IMG/VR virus record: IMGVR_UViG_3300028591_000175
Span: 13,232-77,231 of that record
Reading direction: 5' to 3' (one strand)
Source of the DNA: a virus
Taxonomy: Duplodnaviria > Caudoviricetes
DNA: 64,000 nt
The notes beneath the pieces were generated by a model. It ran no database searches, was not told the DNA's origin, and saw nothing but the letters and a program-made list of their open reading frames with translations. How positions within the stretch are numbered: the stretch's first letter is position 1; each line of letters begins with the position of its first letter. Shown here one piece after another: positions 50,873 to 60,712 of the stretch. A program made the translations under genes and the position numbers.

Positions 50873-51550
50873 ATGGACGAACAAAACCAAAACAAAGACG
50901 CTATCCAAGATATGGTAGCAAATGCTGATAACACAGCAACAAATCAAAACTTACAAAACAAAGTGGCTAAGCCACAAGAGAGTGACACACAAAACTTAGA
51001 CGTGTTACTACAAGACCCAAAATTACAAGCTGAATTTGACAAAAAATTAGAAAAGGCTATAAATAAAGCCCTTACAAACAAAGAACAAGAGTATTCTAAG
51101 AGAGAAAGCGCTCTACAAGCAAGTATTAACACAGAAAAAGAAAAAATGAGACAAAATATCTTAGAAGAAATTGAAGCTAAGAAAAAAGAAGCAGAAGAAA
51201 TGGCTAAAATGTCAATGGAAGAAAGATATAAAAAGCAAATCGACAACCAAGAGTTGAAGATAGCTGAGTATGAAAAAGAGCTTTCTTTGATTAGACGTAG
51301 AGATAAAATTGCTACAATCGTTGCAGATAAAGGCTATGACCCACGTTTATTACAACTACTTCGTGCTGAAGACGTTGCTACAGACGAAGAAATTGAAGAT
51401 TACGTAGATAAAAGAAATCAAATATTCCTTGAAGCTACAAATGCTAGAGTACAAACACTATTAAAAGACCACCCAGACGTGCTTTTAGGTGATAAAAAGA
51501 AAAAATCTAATGAACCAGAGTTCAATTTTAACTTTGCAAGCAAAAAATAA
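50873..51550 (+). CDS. Capsid scaffolding protein (DUF4355-like)
   Basis: QAEFDKKLEKA...AEEMAKMSMEER coiled coil; follows the portal. Confidence 0.75.
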   Translation: MDEQNQNKDAIQDMVANADNTATNQNLQNKVAKPQESDTQNLDVLLQDPKLQAEFDKKLEKAINKALTNKEQEYSKRESALQASINTEKEKMRQNILEEIEAKKKEAEEMAKMSMEERYKKQIDNQELKIAEYEKELSLIRRRDKIATIVADKGYDPRLLQLLRAEDVATDEEIEDYVDKRNQIFLEATNARVQTLLKDHPDVLLGDKKKKSNEPEFNFNFASKK

Positions 51551-51571
51551 TAAAAAGAAAGAGGTAATCGT

Positions 51572-51760
51572 ATGTCAGAAAACTACCAGGACGTAAAAAT
51601 CAAATGCCAAGACTGCGGAATAGAATTCATATTTTCCGTAGCAGAGCAAAAATGGTATGAAGAAAAAGGCTTCACACCACCAAAAAGATGTCGTTATTGC
51701 AGAAATAGACGCAAAAACGAGCAAATTCAAAGAGAAAGGAGAAATAATTATGGCTACTAA
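51572..51760 (+). CDS. Zinc-ribbon protein (zf-trcl-like)
   Basis: CQDCGIEFIFSVAEQKWYEEKGFTPPKRCRYCR. Confidence 0.85.
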   Translation: MSENYQDVKIKCQDCGIEFIFSVAEQKWYEEKGFTPPKRCRYCRNRRKNEQIQRERRNNYGY

Positions 51761-52187
51761 AAAGAAAACTACTAAAAAAGTAGAAAAAATTGAAGTAACA
51801 CCAGTAGAAGAAGTCAAAGAAGAAGAAGTAACTCCAGTAGTAGAAGAAACACCAGTAGAAGAAATCAAAGAGGAAACAGCTCCAGTAGAAGAAGTTAAGG
51901 AAGAAATCAAAAAAGAGGAAGTTAAAAAAGAAGAAAAGAAATCAGTAAAAACACCTAAATATCCAATAGGTTCAGTCGTTTACGTATCAAAAGACGCTGA
52001 CGCAGACTTAAATGGTTTCAAATTATTCCCACAATATAAAAAATATACATACACTGTAGAAGCCTACGATGAGATTTCAGGCGTTTATACATTAAGAAGG
52101 TTAAATTTATCATTGAGCCTTCCAGAAGCTCTTATAATCAATCCTGACGAGCGTGCGCACGATATGATAAATAGAAGACAGTTTTAA
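51750..52187 (+). CDS. Hypothetical protein with a Glu/Pro/Val repeat tract
   Basis: RBS AAGGAG before ATG 51750; TPVEE repeats. Confidence 0.6.
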   Translation: MATKKKTTKKVEKIEVTPVEEVKEEEVTPVVEETPVEEIKEETAPVEEVKEEIKKEEVKKEEKKSVKTPKYPIGSVVYVSKDADADLNGFKLFPQYKKYTYTVEAYDEISGVYTLRRLNLSLSLPEALIINPDERAHDMINRRQF

Positions 52188-52221
52188 TAAGACAAAAAAA
52201 TTAAAATAGGAGGTAAAAAAT

Positions 52222-52542
52222 ATGAATGATTTTGTTAGTATTGAAATTTTAGGTACAATGGCAGGTTGCTCTCTAATAATTACATTACTTACACAAGTAT
52301 TCAAACGCTATTTACCTGAAAAAATAGACACAAAATGGCTTGCTTTAGGATTTTCAATTATAGTAGGAGTATTACGTATTATATATTTACAACAATTTGA
52401 TTTTGCAGGTATTACTTCTGGTATATTTAATATATTCATATTACTAGCAAGCGCAATCGGTATATATGAAATAGCTTCTCCAGTAGCAACAGACATAAAA
52501 ACTATGTTGGAAGGAGGAAAACACAGTGAAAGTAAGAAATAA
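52222..52542 (+). CDS. Holin
   Basis: Three TM segments; directly upstream of the endolysin. Confidence 0.75.
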   Translation: MNDFVSIEILGTMAGCSLIITLLTQVFKRYLPEKIDTKWLALGFSIIVGVLRIIYLQQFDFAGITSGIFNIFILLASAIGIYEIASPVATDIKTMLEGGKHSESKK

Positions 52543-52622
52543 ACCAAATAATAAAAAAGAACAAGAAATACAAGAAGGTAACGCAGAACAACAAAGAGAT
52601 TATAGAGAGGAGGAACAAGAAA

Positions 52623-53759
52623 ATGGCTAAACGTGGTATAGATATATCTAGTTGGCAAGGAAATATTGACTTGTCCGCTCTAAAATCAGAAATTGATTTT
52701 GTAATAATTCGTGTTGGATACGGTGTATCTGGTAGTATAGACAGTAAATTCAGAAGAAATGCAGACTTGTGTAATCAATTGGGTATTCCTTATGGATTTT
52801 ATTGGTACTCATACGCCCTTGACGTTAGTGGCGCTCAAAAAGAAGCCGATAACTTCTTAAATGCAATCAGTGGATATAATCCTACATATGGTTGCTGGTT
52901 TGATATGGAAGACGCTGACGGATATAAAAGAAAAAATGGTATGCCTTCAAATTCAACTTTAAGAGATATGTGTTACGCATTCTGTGAAAAGGTTGAAAAT
53001 GCTGGATACTATTCTGGTATATATGCTTCACTATCTTGGTTTAACAATCAACTAGCAGGTGACAGACTATCAAGATTTGATAAATGGATAGCAATGTGGC
53101 CTACTTCTGGTGGAAAACAAAGAGGGTTAGACGTATCTCCAGATGAAAAATCAGGTTGGTCAATGTGGCAGTTCACTTCTGACGGATATTTTAACGGATA
53201 TTCAGGAAGATTAGATACTAACTACGCATATCACGATTTTCCAAATCCTAAAGATGGAGGTCAACCAAGTCCAGAACCAACACCTACTCCAGAGCCTACA
53301 CCAAGTCCAAGTGGTAGCACTTTAGATTTAGCAACAGCAGTTATGAACGGAGATTACGGTGACGGAGACGCTAGAAAAAATGCTTTAGGTGATAGATATG
53401 ACGAAGTACAAGACTTTATAAATCATATATTCTCTGCTTCTGTTGATACATTAGCAAATGAAGTAATAAATGAAAATAAATATGGTGTTGGAGACCAAAG
53501 GAAAACAGTATTAGGACCACGCTATAATGAAGTACAAGATAGAGTAAATCAAATTCTATTAGGTGGTGGCGGAGACGACATCAAAAAAGGTGATAGAGTA
53601 AGATTTACAGGTACTCGCTCATACTCAGGTATGAAATTAGCGAGTTGGACACACAACGACGTGTTCGACGTAATTGAAGTTTCTGGCGATAGAGTTGTTA
53701 TCGGTAAAGGAAACGCAGTTACTTCGGCTGTCAATATAAGAGACTGTCAAAAGGTCTAG
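52623..53759 (+). CDS. Endolysin: GH25 muramidase, PT linker, two Cpl-7 repeats and a C-terminal SH3-like domain
   Basis: GIDISSWQG, FDME, WQFTS and GDYGDGDARKNALG repeats. Confidence 0.92.
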   Translation: MAKRGIDISSWQGNIDLSALKSEIDFVIIRVGYGVSGSIDSKFRRNADLCNQLGIPYGFYWYSYALDVSGAQKEADNFLNAISGYNPTYGCWFDMEDADGYKRKNGMPSNSTLRDMCYAFCEKVENAGYYSGIYASLSWFNNQLAGDRLSRFDKWIAMWPTSGGKQRGLDVSPDEKSGWSMWQFTSDGYFNGYSGRLDTNYAYHDFPNPKDGGQPSPEPTPTPEPTPSPSGSTLDLATAVMNGDYGDGDARKNALGDRYDEVQDFINHIFSASVDTLANEVINENKYGVGDQRKTVLGPRYNEVQDRVNQILLGGGGDDIKKGDRVRFTGTRSYSGMKLASWTHNDVFDVIEVSGDRVVIGKGNAVTSAVNIRDCQKV

Positions 53760-53762
53760 TCT

Positions 53763-53792
53763 AAAGGCGGAGACCCCGCCTTTATATTTTTA
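53763..53792 (+). terminator. Intrinsic terminator after the endolysin
   Basis: AAAGGCGG-AGACC-CCGCCTTT followed by a T-rich tail. Confidence 0.75.
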
Positions 53793-53819
53793 TTAACTAT
53801 AACCATTGGAGGAATTAAG

Positions 53820-54362
53820 ATGAAAATTAAATGGCAATGGTTTTTAGGAGGACAAACTATGTTTTGGATAGCAAGTGTACTTGTAATCGTGTTAGTTTTC
53901 GCCATAGTTGTAACTTATATAATTGACCCGACTACAAGTATCTATATGAAAGTACAAAGTATAGACGAGACTTCTATTAAGGAAATGTCAGAAAGCTATG
54001 TTAAATCACTAGGAATAACTATAAGTAAGCCTATAAGTTACCGCTTCGTAAGGTATCAACACGAGGATAATTTTAAGCAACATAAATCTGGACCCGAAAC
54101 GGTTTTATTAGGCACGTTTCACGAATGGAATGATACTTACTATATAGATATATCGGCTAATTTGTATCATATGAGTATGCTATACGAAATAGTCAAACAC
54201 GAGACTAGACATATGATAGTACAGGAATTAAAAAATGAAGATATTATAGATTTAACTGAATACACCGAAGAAATTGCTCAAGAAAAAAATGAAACATATA
54301 ATAATTTATTTAATTGTGGTGTGAAATTATTAAAGGAGGAACAAGAAAATGGTGAAATTTGA
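53820..54362 (+). CDS. Membrane-anchored HEXXH metallopeptidase-like protein
   Basis: N-terminal TM; KHETRH...TEE. Confidence 0.55.
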   Translation: MKIKWQWFLGGQTMFWIASVLVIVLVFAIVVTYIIDPTTSIYMKVQSIDETSIKEMSESYVKSLGITISKPISYRFVRYQHEDNFKQHKSGPETVLLGTFHEWNDTYYIDISANLYHMSMLYEIVKHETRHMIVQELKNEDIIDLTEYTEEIAQEKNETYNNLFNCGVKLLKEEQENGEI

Positions 54363-54786
54363 AAGAGTTAGTTATGTAGGTGAAGACGTAAAACTTCCAG
54401 AAAGAGCTACTGCAAATAGTGCGGGATATGATTTCTTTGCTCCAGGTGATATAATCCTTCCTGCTAAACAATTAACAAGAGTTATGACAGGTATAAAATG
54501 TGAGTTAAGACCTTATATGGTGTTGATATTAGCAAATAGGTCTTCAAATCCAAGTAAAAAATCTTTATTTTTAGCAAATGGAGTAGGAATAATAGACGCT
54601 GATTATTATAATAATCCAGATAATGAAGGTGAAATTGGTTTTGAATTTTATAATAACTCAGAAGAAGACGTAGTTATTTCAAAAAATGAAAAAATCGGTC
54701 AAGGAATTATAACCGCATATTATCGAGTAGAAGGCGACAACGCTACTGGCTCTAGGGCTGGAGGTTTTGGAAGTACAGGAAAATAA
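54349..54786 (+). CDS. dut: Trimeric dUTPase
   Basis: SAGYD, NRSS, GIIDADYY, IGQGI and RAGGFGSTG. Confidence 0.95.
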   Translation: MVKFERVSYVGEDVKLPERATANSAGYDFFAPGDIILPAKQLTRVMTGIKCELRPYMVLILANRSSNPSKKSLFLANGVGIIDADYYNNPDNEGEIGFEFYNNSEEDVVISKNEKIGQGIITAYYRVEGDNATGSRAGGFGSTGK

Positions 54787-54789
54787 AAC

Positions 54790-54829
54790 TTGTACTCCAC
54801 TTGTAATTAGACAAGAAATATATTATACT
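54790..54829 (+). promoter_or_regulatory. Late promoter 2: TTGTACTCCAC + TTGTAA-N17-TATACT
   Basis: Same upstream box as at 48980. Confidence 0.6.
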
Positions 54830-54869
54830 GTTCATAGGTAGAAATCATATGAACAAGTAATATGGTTAG

Positions 54870-54911
54870 TAGACTGGTCGAATAAATGATTTCGACCGGT
54901 CTATATTTTTT
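54870..54911 (+). terminator. Terminator-like hairpin between late promoter 2 and the connector gene
   Basis: TAGACTGGTCGAA...TTCGACCGGTCTA followed by TATTTTTT. Confidence 0.65.
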
Positions 54912-54933
54912 ATAAAAAGGAGGAGGCTAGCAA

Positions 54934-55353
54934 ATGGCAGAAATACCAGATATGACATTTGAAAAAATAGTAGAAAAAACAAAACTTATGCTAGGTAAAA
55001 ACTATCGTGAGCCAGAGATAGCTGAGATTACTGAGGCTGAATTAGACGAAATCACAACGGTAAATGAAGAAACTGGAGAGTTAGAGACAGAAGAAGTACC
55101 TACTGATTTAGAAGATATATGCTCTATGGTAATTAGAGAAGCTGCTCAATGGACAAATAGATTCAAAGAAGAACAATTAACAGAAGTAATGAATGATTGC
55201 TGGCCAGTAATTGTTAAGTGTTCTTGTATAGCATATTTGAATAGGGGAGCAGAAGGGTTAGGCTCTCAATCAGAATTAGGTCAACAAAACGTCTATAATG
55301 ATTGGGTTAAGTTGATGCACCAACAGATTACTAATAGACGCTATGTAATTTAA
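54934..55353 (+). CDS. Head-tail connector (gp15/gp6-like)
   Basis: YLNRGAEGLGSQSELGQ motif. Confidence 0.7.
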   Translation: MAEIPDMTFEKIVEKTKLMLGKNYREPEIAEITEAELDEITTVNEETGELETEEVPTDLEDICSMVIREAAQWTNRFKEEQLTEVMNDCWPVIVKCSCIAYLNRGAEGLGSQSELGQQNVYNDWVKLMHQQITNRRYVI

Positions 55354-55373
55354 TATACCAAGGAGGTGAGAAT

Positions 55374-55748
55374 ATGGGAATAGACTGGGGAGTTATTGCT
55401 ACAATGGTAGGTTCATTACTTGGTGGAGGCGTCATTGGAGCAATCGTAAAGTCATTAACAGAAAAAAGAAAAGTTAATGCTGAAGCAATAAATACCGACA
55501 TTAAAAGTATGTTGGAGATAGACCAAAGAATGAATGAAAGAATGGCTAAACTCGAAGAACGTGTAGCAAATCTTGAACAAGAAAACTATAAATTAAAATC
55601 AGAAAAACTAAACCTAGAAAAAGAAACCCATAAATTAAAATTAAAAATACAAGAATTAGAAGAAGAAAATAAAAAATTAGAAGAAGAAAATAAATGTCTT
55701 CAAACTGAAATAGATAATATTAAGAAAGGAGAAAACGCAAATGGCTAA
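55374..55748 (+). CDS. TM plus coiled-coil protein
   Basis: N-terminal Gly-rich TM followed by heptad repeats. Confidence 0.55.
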   Translation: MGIDWGVIATMVGSLLGGGVIGAIVKSLTEKRKVNAEAINTDIKSMLEIDQRMNERMAKLEERVANLEQENYKLKSEKLNLEKETHKLKLKIQELEEENKKLEEENKCLQTEIDNIKKGENANG

Positions 55749-56445
55749 TAATGAAGCAACTTATATTTTCAATAGTAAAAAAGGTCTTCCTAACAAATTA
55801 TTACAAGCTGATGGTACTGTAACAGATATGGTAGGTAATGTTGTAGTAAATCCCGATGGAGGTTGGGACGCAAAGCAAGCTCTACCTAATAAATGGTTAA
55901 ATCCAGACGGTACTTATTCTACATTAAATGAAATTATTGCCAGTGTAGTTGATACTGGTATATATGTCATTGTAGACGAATTACCAGCAGAAGGAGACCC
56001 ACAAAAAATTTATTTAGTGCCAGATGGTCAAGGAGGTTTCGCTGAATATCACTGGACTGGTACTAAATGGGATGCCATTGGTACAGTAGAAATAGATTTA
56101 TCAAATTATTCAACTACTCAAGAAATGATGAACGCTATTGAAGCAGCAGGTCTTATAACATTGAATTCTGCTAAATCTTACGCTGATGGGAAAGCTGATA
56201 CAGCTGAACAAAACGCTAAAGATTACGCTGACGGATTAGCTCAAAACTATGACCCAGCTGGTACTGGAGCAAGTGCCGCCGCAGGTGCTGTGACAGAAGC
56301 AGAAGGGTATGCAAACGATAATTTCTTAAAGAAAACAAACGAAACTGCTTATACACCTACAAAAAATTATCACCCAGCAACTAAAAAATACGTAGACGAT
56401 AGTATTGCGAATAATATTACAACTGCTTTACAAGGTAGTTATTAG
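55741..56445 (+). CDS. Virion fibre/decoration-like protein
   Basis: VDELPAEGDPQKIYLVP...EYHW...WDAIG..IDLSNY, AKSYAD repeats and YHPATKKYVD. Confidence 0.6.
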   Translation: MANNEATYIFNSKKGLPNKLLQADGTVTDMVGNVVVNPDGGWDAKQALPNKWLNPDGTYSTLNEIIASVVDTGIYVIVDELPAEGDPQKIYLVPDGQGGFAEYHWTGTKWDAIGTVEIDLSNYSTTQEMMNAIEAAGLITLNSAKSYADGKADTAEQNAKDYADGLAQNYDPAGTGASAAAGAVTEAEGYANDNFLKKTNETAYTPTKNYHPATKKYVDDSIANNITTALQGSY

Positions 56446-56459
56446 AAAGGAGGTACGAA

Positions 56460-59400
56460 ATGGCTAGAACGAATACATTATCGAACTTTTTAACAGACGT
56501 TGCTAACGCCATTAGAACTAAAAAAGGTACAGAAACAACTATTGCTGCGTCAGCATTTGACACAGAAATATTGAATTTACCTAGCGGAACTTATCAAACA
56601 AAAAATATTACTATTTCGGCTAATGGTTCACAAACCATTACACCAGACCAAGGTTATGACGCAATAGATGAAATAACTATAACCACACAAGTACCTCAAA
56701 AACAATTACAATCAAAAACCTATAATTTTAATACAAATCAAACTGTAGAATTAACTCCAGATACAGGCTATGACGGTTTTGATATTATAACTCTTACCAT
56801 TAACGTACCTGGACAACAAATAAATAACCAAGATAAAACTATTACTGAAAATGGAACATATACTGCTGATAGCGGATATACTGGTTTAGGAGAAGTCACT
56901 GTAAATGTACCAAGTCAAATAAATAATCAAAATAAAACTATTATTGAAAATGGAACATATACTGCTGATAGTGGTTATACAGGATTAGGAACGGTAGACG
57001 TTAATGTTGAGCCTGATGTGAGATTGTTTCAAAATAAAACAGAAGTGGACACATATATTAACCAACATTATAGTAGTTTAGTAGAAGGTAAAAAACTGGT
57101 AATATATGGCGAAGAAAAAATTGAGCCTATCGCACAAGAGGAACGATACACAGAATTATATTTACCTCCTGAGATTGTTTTAACAACGCCTTGCACGAGA
57201 GATATAATAGTTGATATGCAATCAGAGTCAAGCGGTGGTAGTGGAGGAGGAACTTCGGACGTATTAACGCCTACAGGAATATCTATGTGGCTTAGTGCAA
57301 ATATGGCTATGGCAATAGTAGGATATAGTTCGGAAGATGGTATTACTTATACTAGAACACAAGTTGAAACTGAAAATTATCAAGAATATGACGGAACTTG
57401 GACGTGGAATGCTGAAACTAATGTATTAAAATATACACCATATGAAGGTGATGAAGAAAATGGTTATAAATTTTTCTATAAATTAACGAATGGTGGGTTA
57501 GAACAATTGATACAAGTATTTAGACGTAAAAAACCAACGTTCGATGGTATTTATCAATATAATTATCAACAATTAGATAGTTATAATCAATCTTTTGCAC
57601 CAGCAATAAATATTGTGAACAATAATATGATTGATGTAGCAGAATATGGAATTGTGAATGGTTTTACTAATTATGGTAGTGACACTCGTTTATATGGAAA
57701 AGTTACAGCCACCGAAACAAAACAGGGAAAAACGGTTTATAAATTTAATGAATTGTATATAAATCCTGGGCAATATATGTTTAAGGATGGTAATACAGTT
57801 CGTATTGGGAATTCTTACACAGGAGGCAAAACTGTACCAACAGATAATACAAGCAGAACTGTAACAGTGAGAAAGCGTTTGTTAGATGGTACGGAACAAA
57901 CAGAGACAAAAACAGTAATATTAAAAAACGCTCCATATTTTAAGAATAGTTATGGATATTATACTTATTTCATAGAAACATTTAATTTTCCATATAATGA
58001 AATAAATGATTGGAAAGTTTCATTTGGTAAAACGTGGAGTAGTAGCACTTATGTTCCAAATACAGTATTATATCTTACTGCGTGGGTAGGCACTTCAAGC
58101 CCTACGTCTACAAGTGTAAGAGGACCGGCTACTTTTGCTGATGTAGCTGAATTTTGGACATACAATATTGAACCTACACAAATGTCATTGACGAATAACA
58201 ATCAATTATTGCCGGGGTTAACTGGATATGGTGTAGGACAATCTTATACTGGTGATGGTAGTATTTATAATAATTTAGAACCTTATGACGTATTAAGTCG
58301 TATATATGGTGAAGATATGCAAACACTTAATGGAGCAGTGTTAGCAGATTATGCAAATACACCTGTTACACAAAAATTATCATATATCAAAACTTCTAGC
58401 AATTTAAGTGTACCAGACGGATATTATGGTCATAATTCAAATGTAGTGAGTGTAAATACAAATGAGTTTGTCGCACCAACAGGATGGACTAAATCACGTG
58501 TTTTTGCAGACATAAAATATAATTTATTATTTGGATTATGCTATCAAAATAGTTATTCTGATACAAGTATTTTATTTGTTGTAGAAAATGCGACTACAAA
58601 AGAAGTGTTATTACAACAACAAATTAGTTATCAATTAAATTATGGTACAAGTAGATACCAACAAGACGATAAATATGTGTATTTATTCAATGCTGGTACG
58701 TCGGTGAATGCGTTATGGTTATATAATAAACTTACCGGTGAATTTAAGACAGTGTTTAACAGAACAGGTACATTCAAATCTGATAATGGTTATGGGTGGA
58801 TGTCAGAAAGAAATAATCATTGTTTTGTATATGGTATAAATAATTCTAGTGCGGGTTATACTACATATGTTTACAATGCTGATACTAATACCACTACAAC
58901 AATCGAAACTTCTAGCACAGGTGCATTACAAAATGGTAATTTAATGTCTAATTCAACTACATTATATTGGATTTATAATTCTAAACTTACTATTTATAAT
59001 GTTTCGACACGTACGTTTAATAGAGTTGATTGTGCTTATATGATGTATGCGGGTGCATATGGTAATTCAAATCCATACGCATTAGAAGATACATATGACT
59101 ATTTGTTTTATTATTCGCATTATATTGCAAAAAAATCTGTACCAACACAAGAATATAGAAATTTTAATGCTAGATTGATATTAAATAATGAAGTCATTGC
59201 TTCTTCTACTACCACAGGATACCCAAGACAAAAAGGAAATACTGTATATATGTCAATTGGTAATTTAATGGGAGTAGGTCAATTAGTTGTAGCGAACGAT
59301 ATGTCAACAGTAGATATTATCTGTGATAAAATTTATTATACACCAACAAGAATTCCAACTACAACAAAAACAAATTATGTGAACTTAAATAATCCAACAC

Positions 59401-59588
59401 CAGAGTCAATAATTTTTGAAAATGATAAAATTTCATATGATTATAACGTGTATACATCAAGAGTACAAGGGTGGTTTAAGAACTATGAATTAAGCAATTT
59501 AGATGATTATGAATATATGTTATTACCTGCAAATCCAGATGGATATTTAGCTGGTTTCTTCACTAGAACCAGTTTAGTAGAAGAATAA
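56460..59588 (+). CDS. Large fibre/receptor-binding protein with QxKTITxNGxY repeats and a beta-propeller-like C-terminus
   Basis: LSNFLTDVANAIR N-domain; tandem INNQxKTIxENGTYTADSGYTGLG repeats. Confidence 0.65.
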   Translation: MARTNTLSNFLTDVANAIRTKKGTETTIAASAFDTEILNLPSGTYQTKNITISANGSQTITPDQGYDAIDEITITTQVPQKQLQSKTYNFNTNQTVELTPDTGYDGFDIITLTINVPGQQINNQDKTITENGTYTADSGYTGLGEVTVNVPSQINNQNKTIIENGTYTADSGYTGLGTVDVNVEPDVRLFQNKTEVDTYINQHYSSLVEGKKLVIYGEEKIEPIAQEERYTELYLPPEIVLTTPCTRDIIVDMQSESSGGSGGGTSDVLTPTGISMWLSANMAMAIVGYSSEDGITYTRTQVETENYQEYDGTWTWNAETNVLKYTPYEGDEENGYKFFYKLTNGGLEQLIQVFRRKKPTFDGIYQYNYQQLDSYNQSFAPAINIVNNNMIDVAEYGIVNGFTNYGSDTRLYGKVTATETKQGKTVYKFNELYINPGQYMFKDGNTVRIGNSYTGGKTVPTDNTSRTVTVRKRLLDGTEQTETKTVILKNAPYFKNSYGYYTYFIETFNFPYNEINDWKVSFGKTWSSSTYVPNTVLYLTAWVGTSSPTSTSVRGPATFADVAEFWTYNIEPTQMSLTNNNQLLPGLTGYGVGQSYTGDGSIYNNLEPYDVLSRIYGEDMQTLNGAVLADYANTPVTQKLSYIKTSSNLSVPDGYYGHNSNVVSVNTNEFVAPTGWTKSRVFADIKYNLLFGLCYQNSYSDTSILFVVENATTKEVLLQQQISYQLNYGTSRYQQDDKYVYLFNAGTSVNALWLYNKLTGEFKTVFNRTGTFKSDNGYGWMSERNNHCFVYGINNSSAGYTTYVYNADTNTTTTIETSSTGALQNGNLMSNSTTLYWIYNSKLTIYNVSTRTFNRVDCAYMMYAGAYGNSNPYALEDTYDYLFYYSHYIAKKSVPTQEYRNFNARLILNNEVIASSTTTGYPRQKGNTVYMSIGNLMGVGQLVVANDMSTVDIICDKIYYTPTRIPTTTKTNYVNLNNPTPESIIFENDKISYDYNVYTSRVQGWFKNYELSNLDDYEYMLLPANPDGYLAGFFTRTSLVEE

Positions 59589-59606
59589 AAGAAAGGAGAC
59601 CTGTAA

Positions 59607-60167
59607 ATGGCAAGAATAAATACTCTTACTAATTTCCTTACAGACGTTTCTAATGCGATAAAACAGAAGACAGGGGATAATACTCCTATCCCCGCTTCTC
59701 AATTTGATACGGAAATACTTAGTATTCCGACTAAAGAAACATATCAAGAAAAATCAATAACAATTAGGCAAGATGGTAATTATAGTCTTTTACCAGATAG
59801 TGGTTATGGAGCATTATCAAAAGCAAATATAACTGTAAATACAACCGAGAGAAAGCAGTCAAAATCTATTAGTATTGACGCAAATGGTTCGTATCAAGTA
59901 AATGCAGACGAAGGATATGACGCACTAGGTACTGTAGCAATTGACGTAGATGTTCAGGCTCAGGTAGATGAACAACACATTCCATTATATTTCATTGAAA
60001 CTACTGAAGCTGGTAATTTAGAATGTATCAATAATTATAGTGAATTTTTATATGTACCTTATGTTCTTAATGAACAAGGTGAATTGATAGTTGTGCAAGA
60101 TGACGACGATAGTGCTGTATATTCTATAAATGCAAATCAAGAATTGGAGGTGGTTGTAAATGGCTAG
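59607..60167 (+). CDS. Short paralog of the fibre N-terminus
   Basis: MARINTLTNFLTDVSNAIK and QEKSITI repeats. Confidence 0.6.
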   Translation: MARINTLTNFLTDVSNAIKQKTGDNTPIPASQFDTEILSIPTKETYQEKSITIRQDGNYSLLPDSGYGALSKANITVNTTERKQSKSISIDANGSYQVNADEGYDALGTVAIDVDVQAQVDEQHIPLYFIETTEAGNLECINNYSEFLYVPYVLNEQGELIVVQDDDDSAVYSINANQELEVVVNG

Positions 60168-60708
60168 AGTAAATTTAGGACGTGTTGTTGGTAGAAGTGC
60201 TTATGAAGAAGCAGTGAGACAAGGTTATGAAGGTACTGAAGTAGAATGGTTAGCTTCTTTACACGGAGCCGATGGAGATGATGGTAAAACTGCATATCAA
60301 GGTGCGTTAGATGGTGGGTTTGTAGGAACAGAAGCCGAATTTAATACATCTTTAGCAAGTATAGGTAATATTAACGACGTATTAGACGCAATTAACGAGG
60401 AGGTGGTATAGATGGCAAATACAACAAGTGATAAACTTTCTCGTTTATTAAATACAAAAGCAAAAATAAAAAACGCGATTGTTAGTGCGGGGATAACAAT
60501 TCCTGCTGGTACAGCGTTTAATGACTACTCAGATTATATAAGTTTAATACCTACTGGTGTAGAAGAAACTACTCCATTAGAAGATTTAATGGTTATTGTA
60601 GACCAATATTATGAAATTGAAGACGGTTTGTACGTAGAACACACCTATACACAAGAAGAACAACAAGAACTATTAGATTTAGTAGATTTAATTTTGGAAG
60701 GAGAGTAG
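60160..60708 (+). CDS. Two small fibre-associated proteins (60160-60411 with GRSAYEEAV...EWLASL; 60412-60708)
   Basis: Motifs typical of collagen-like and fibre-associated phage proteins. Confidence 0.55.
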
Positions 60709-60712
60709 AAAA

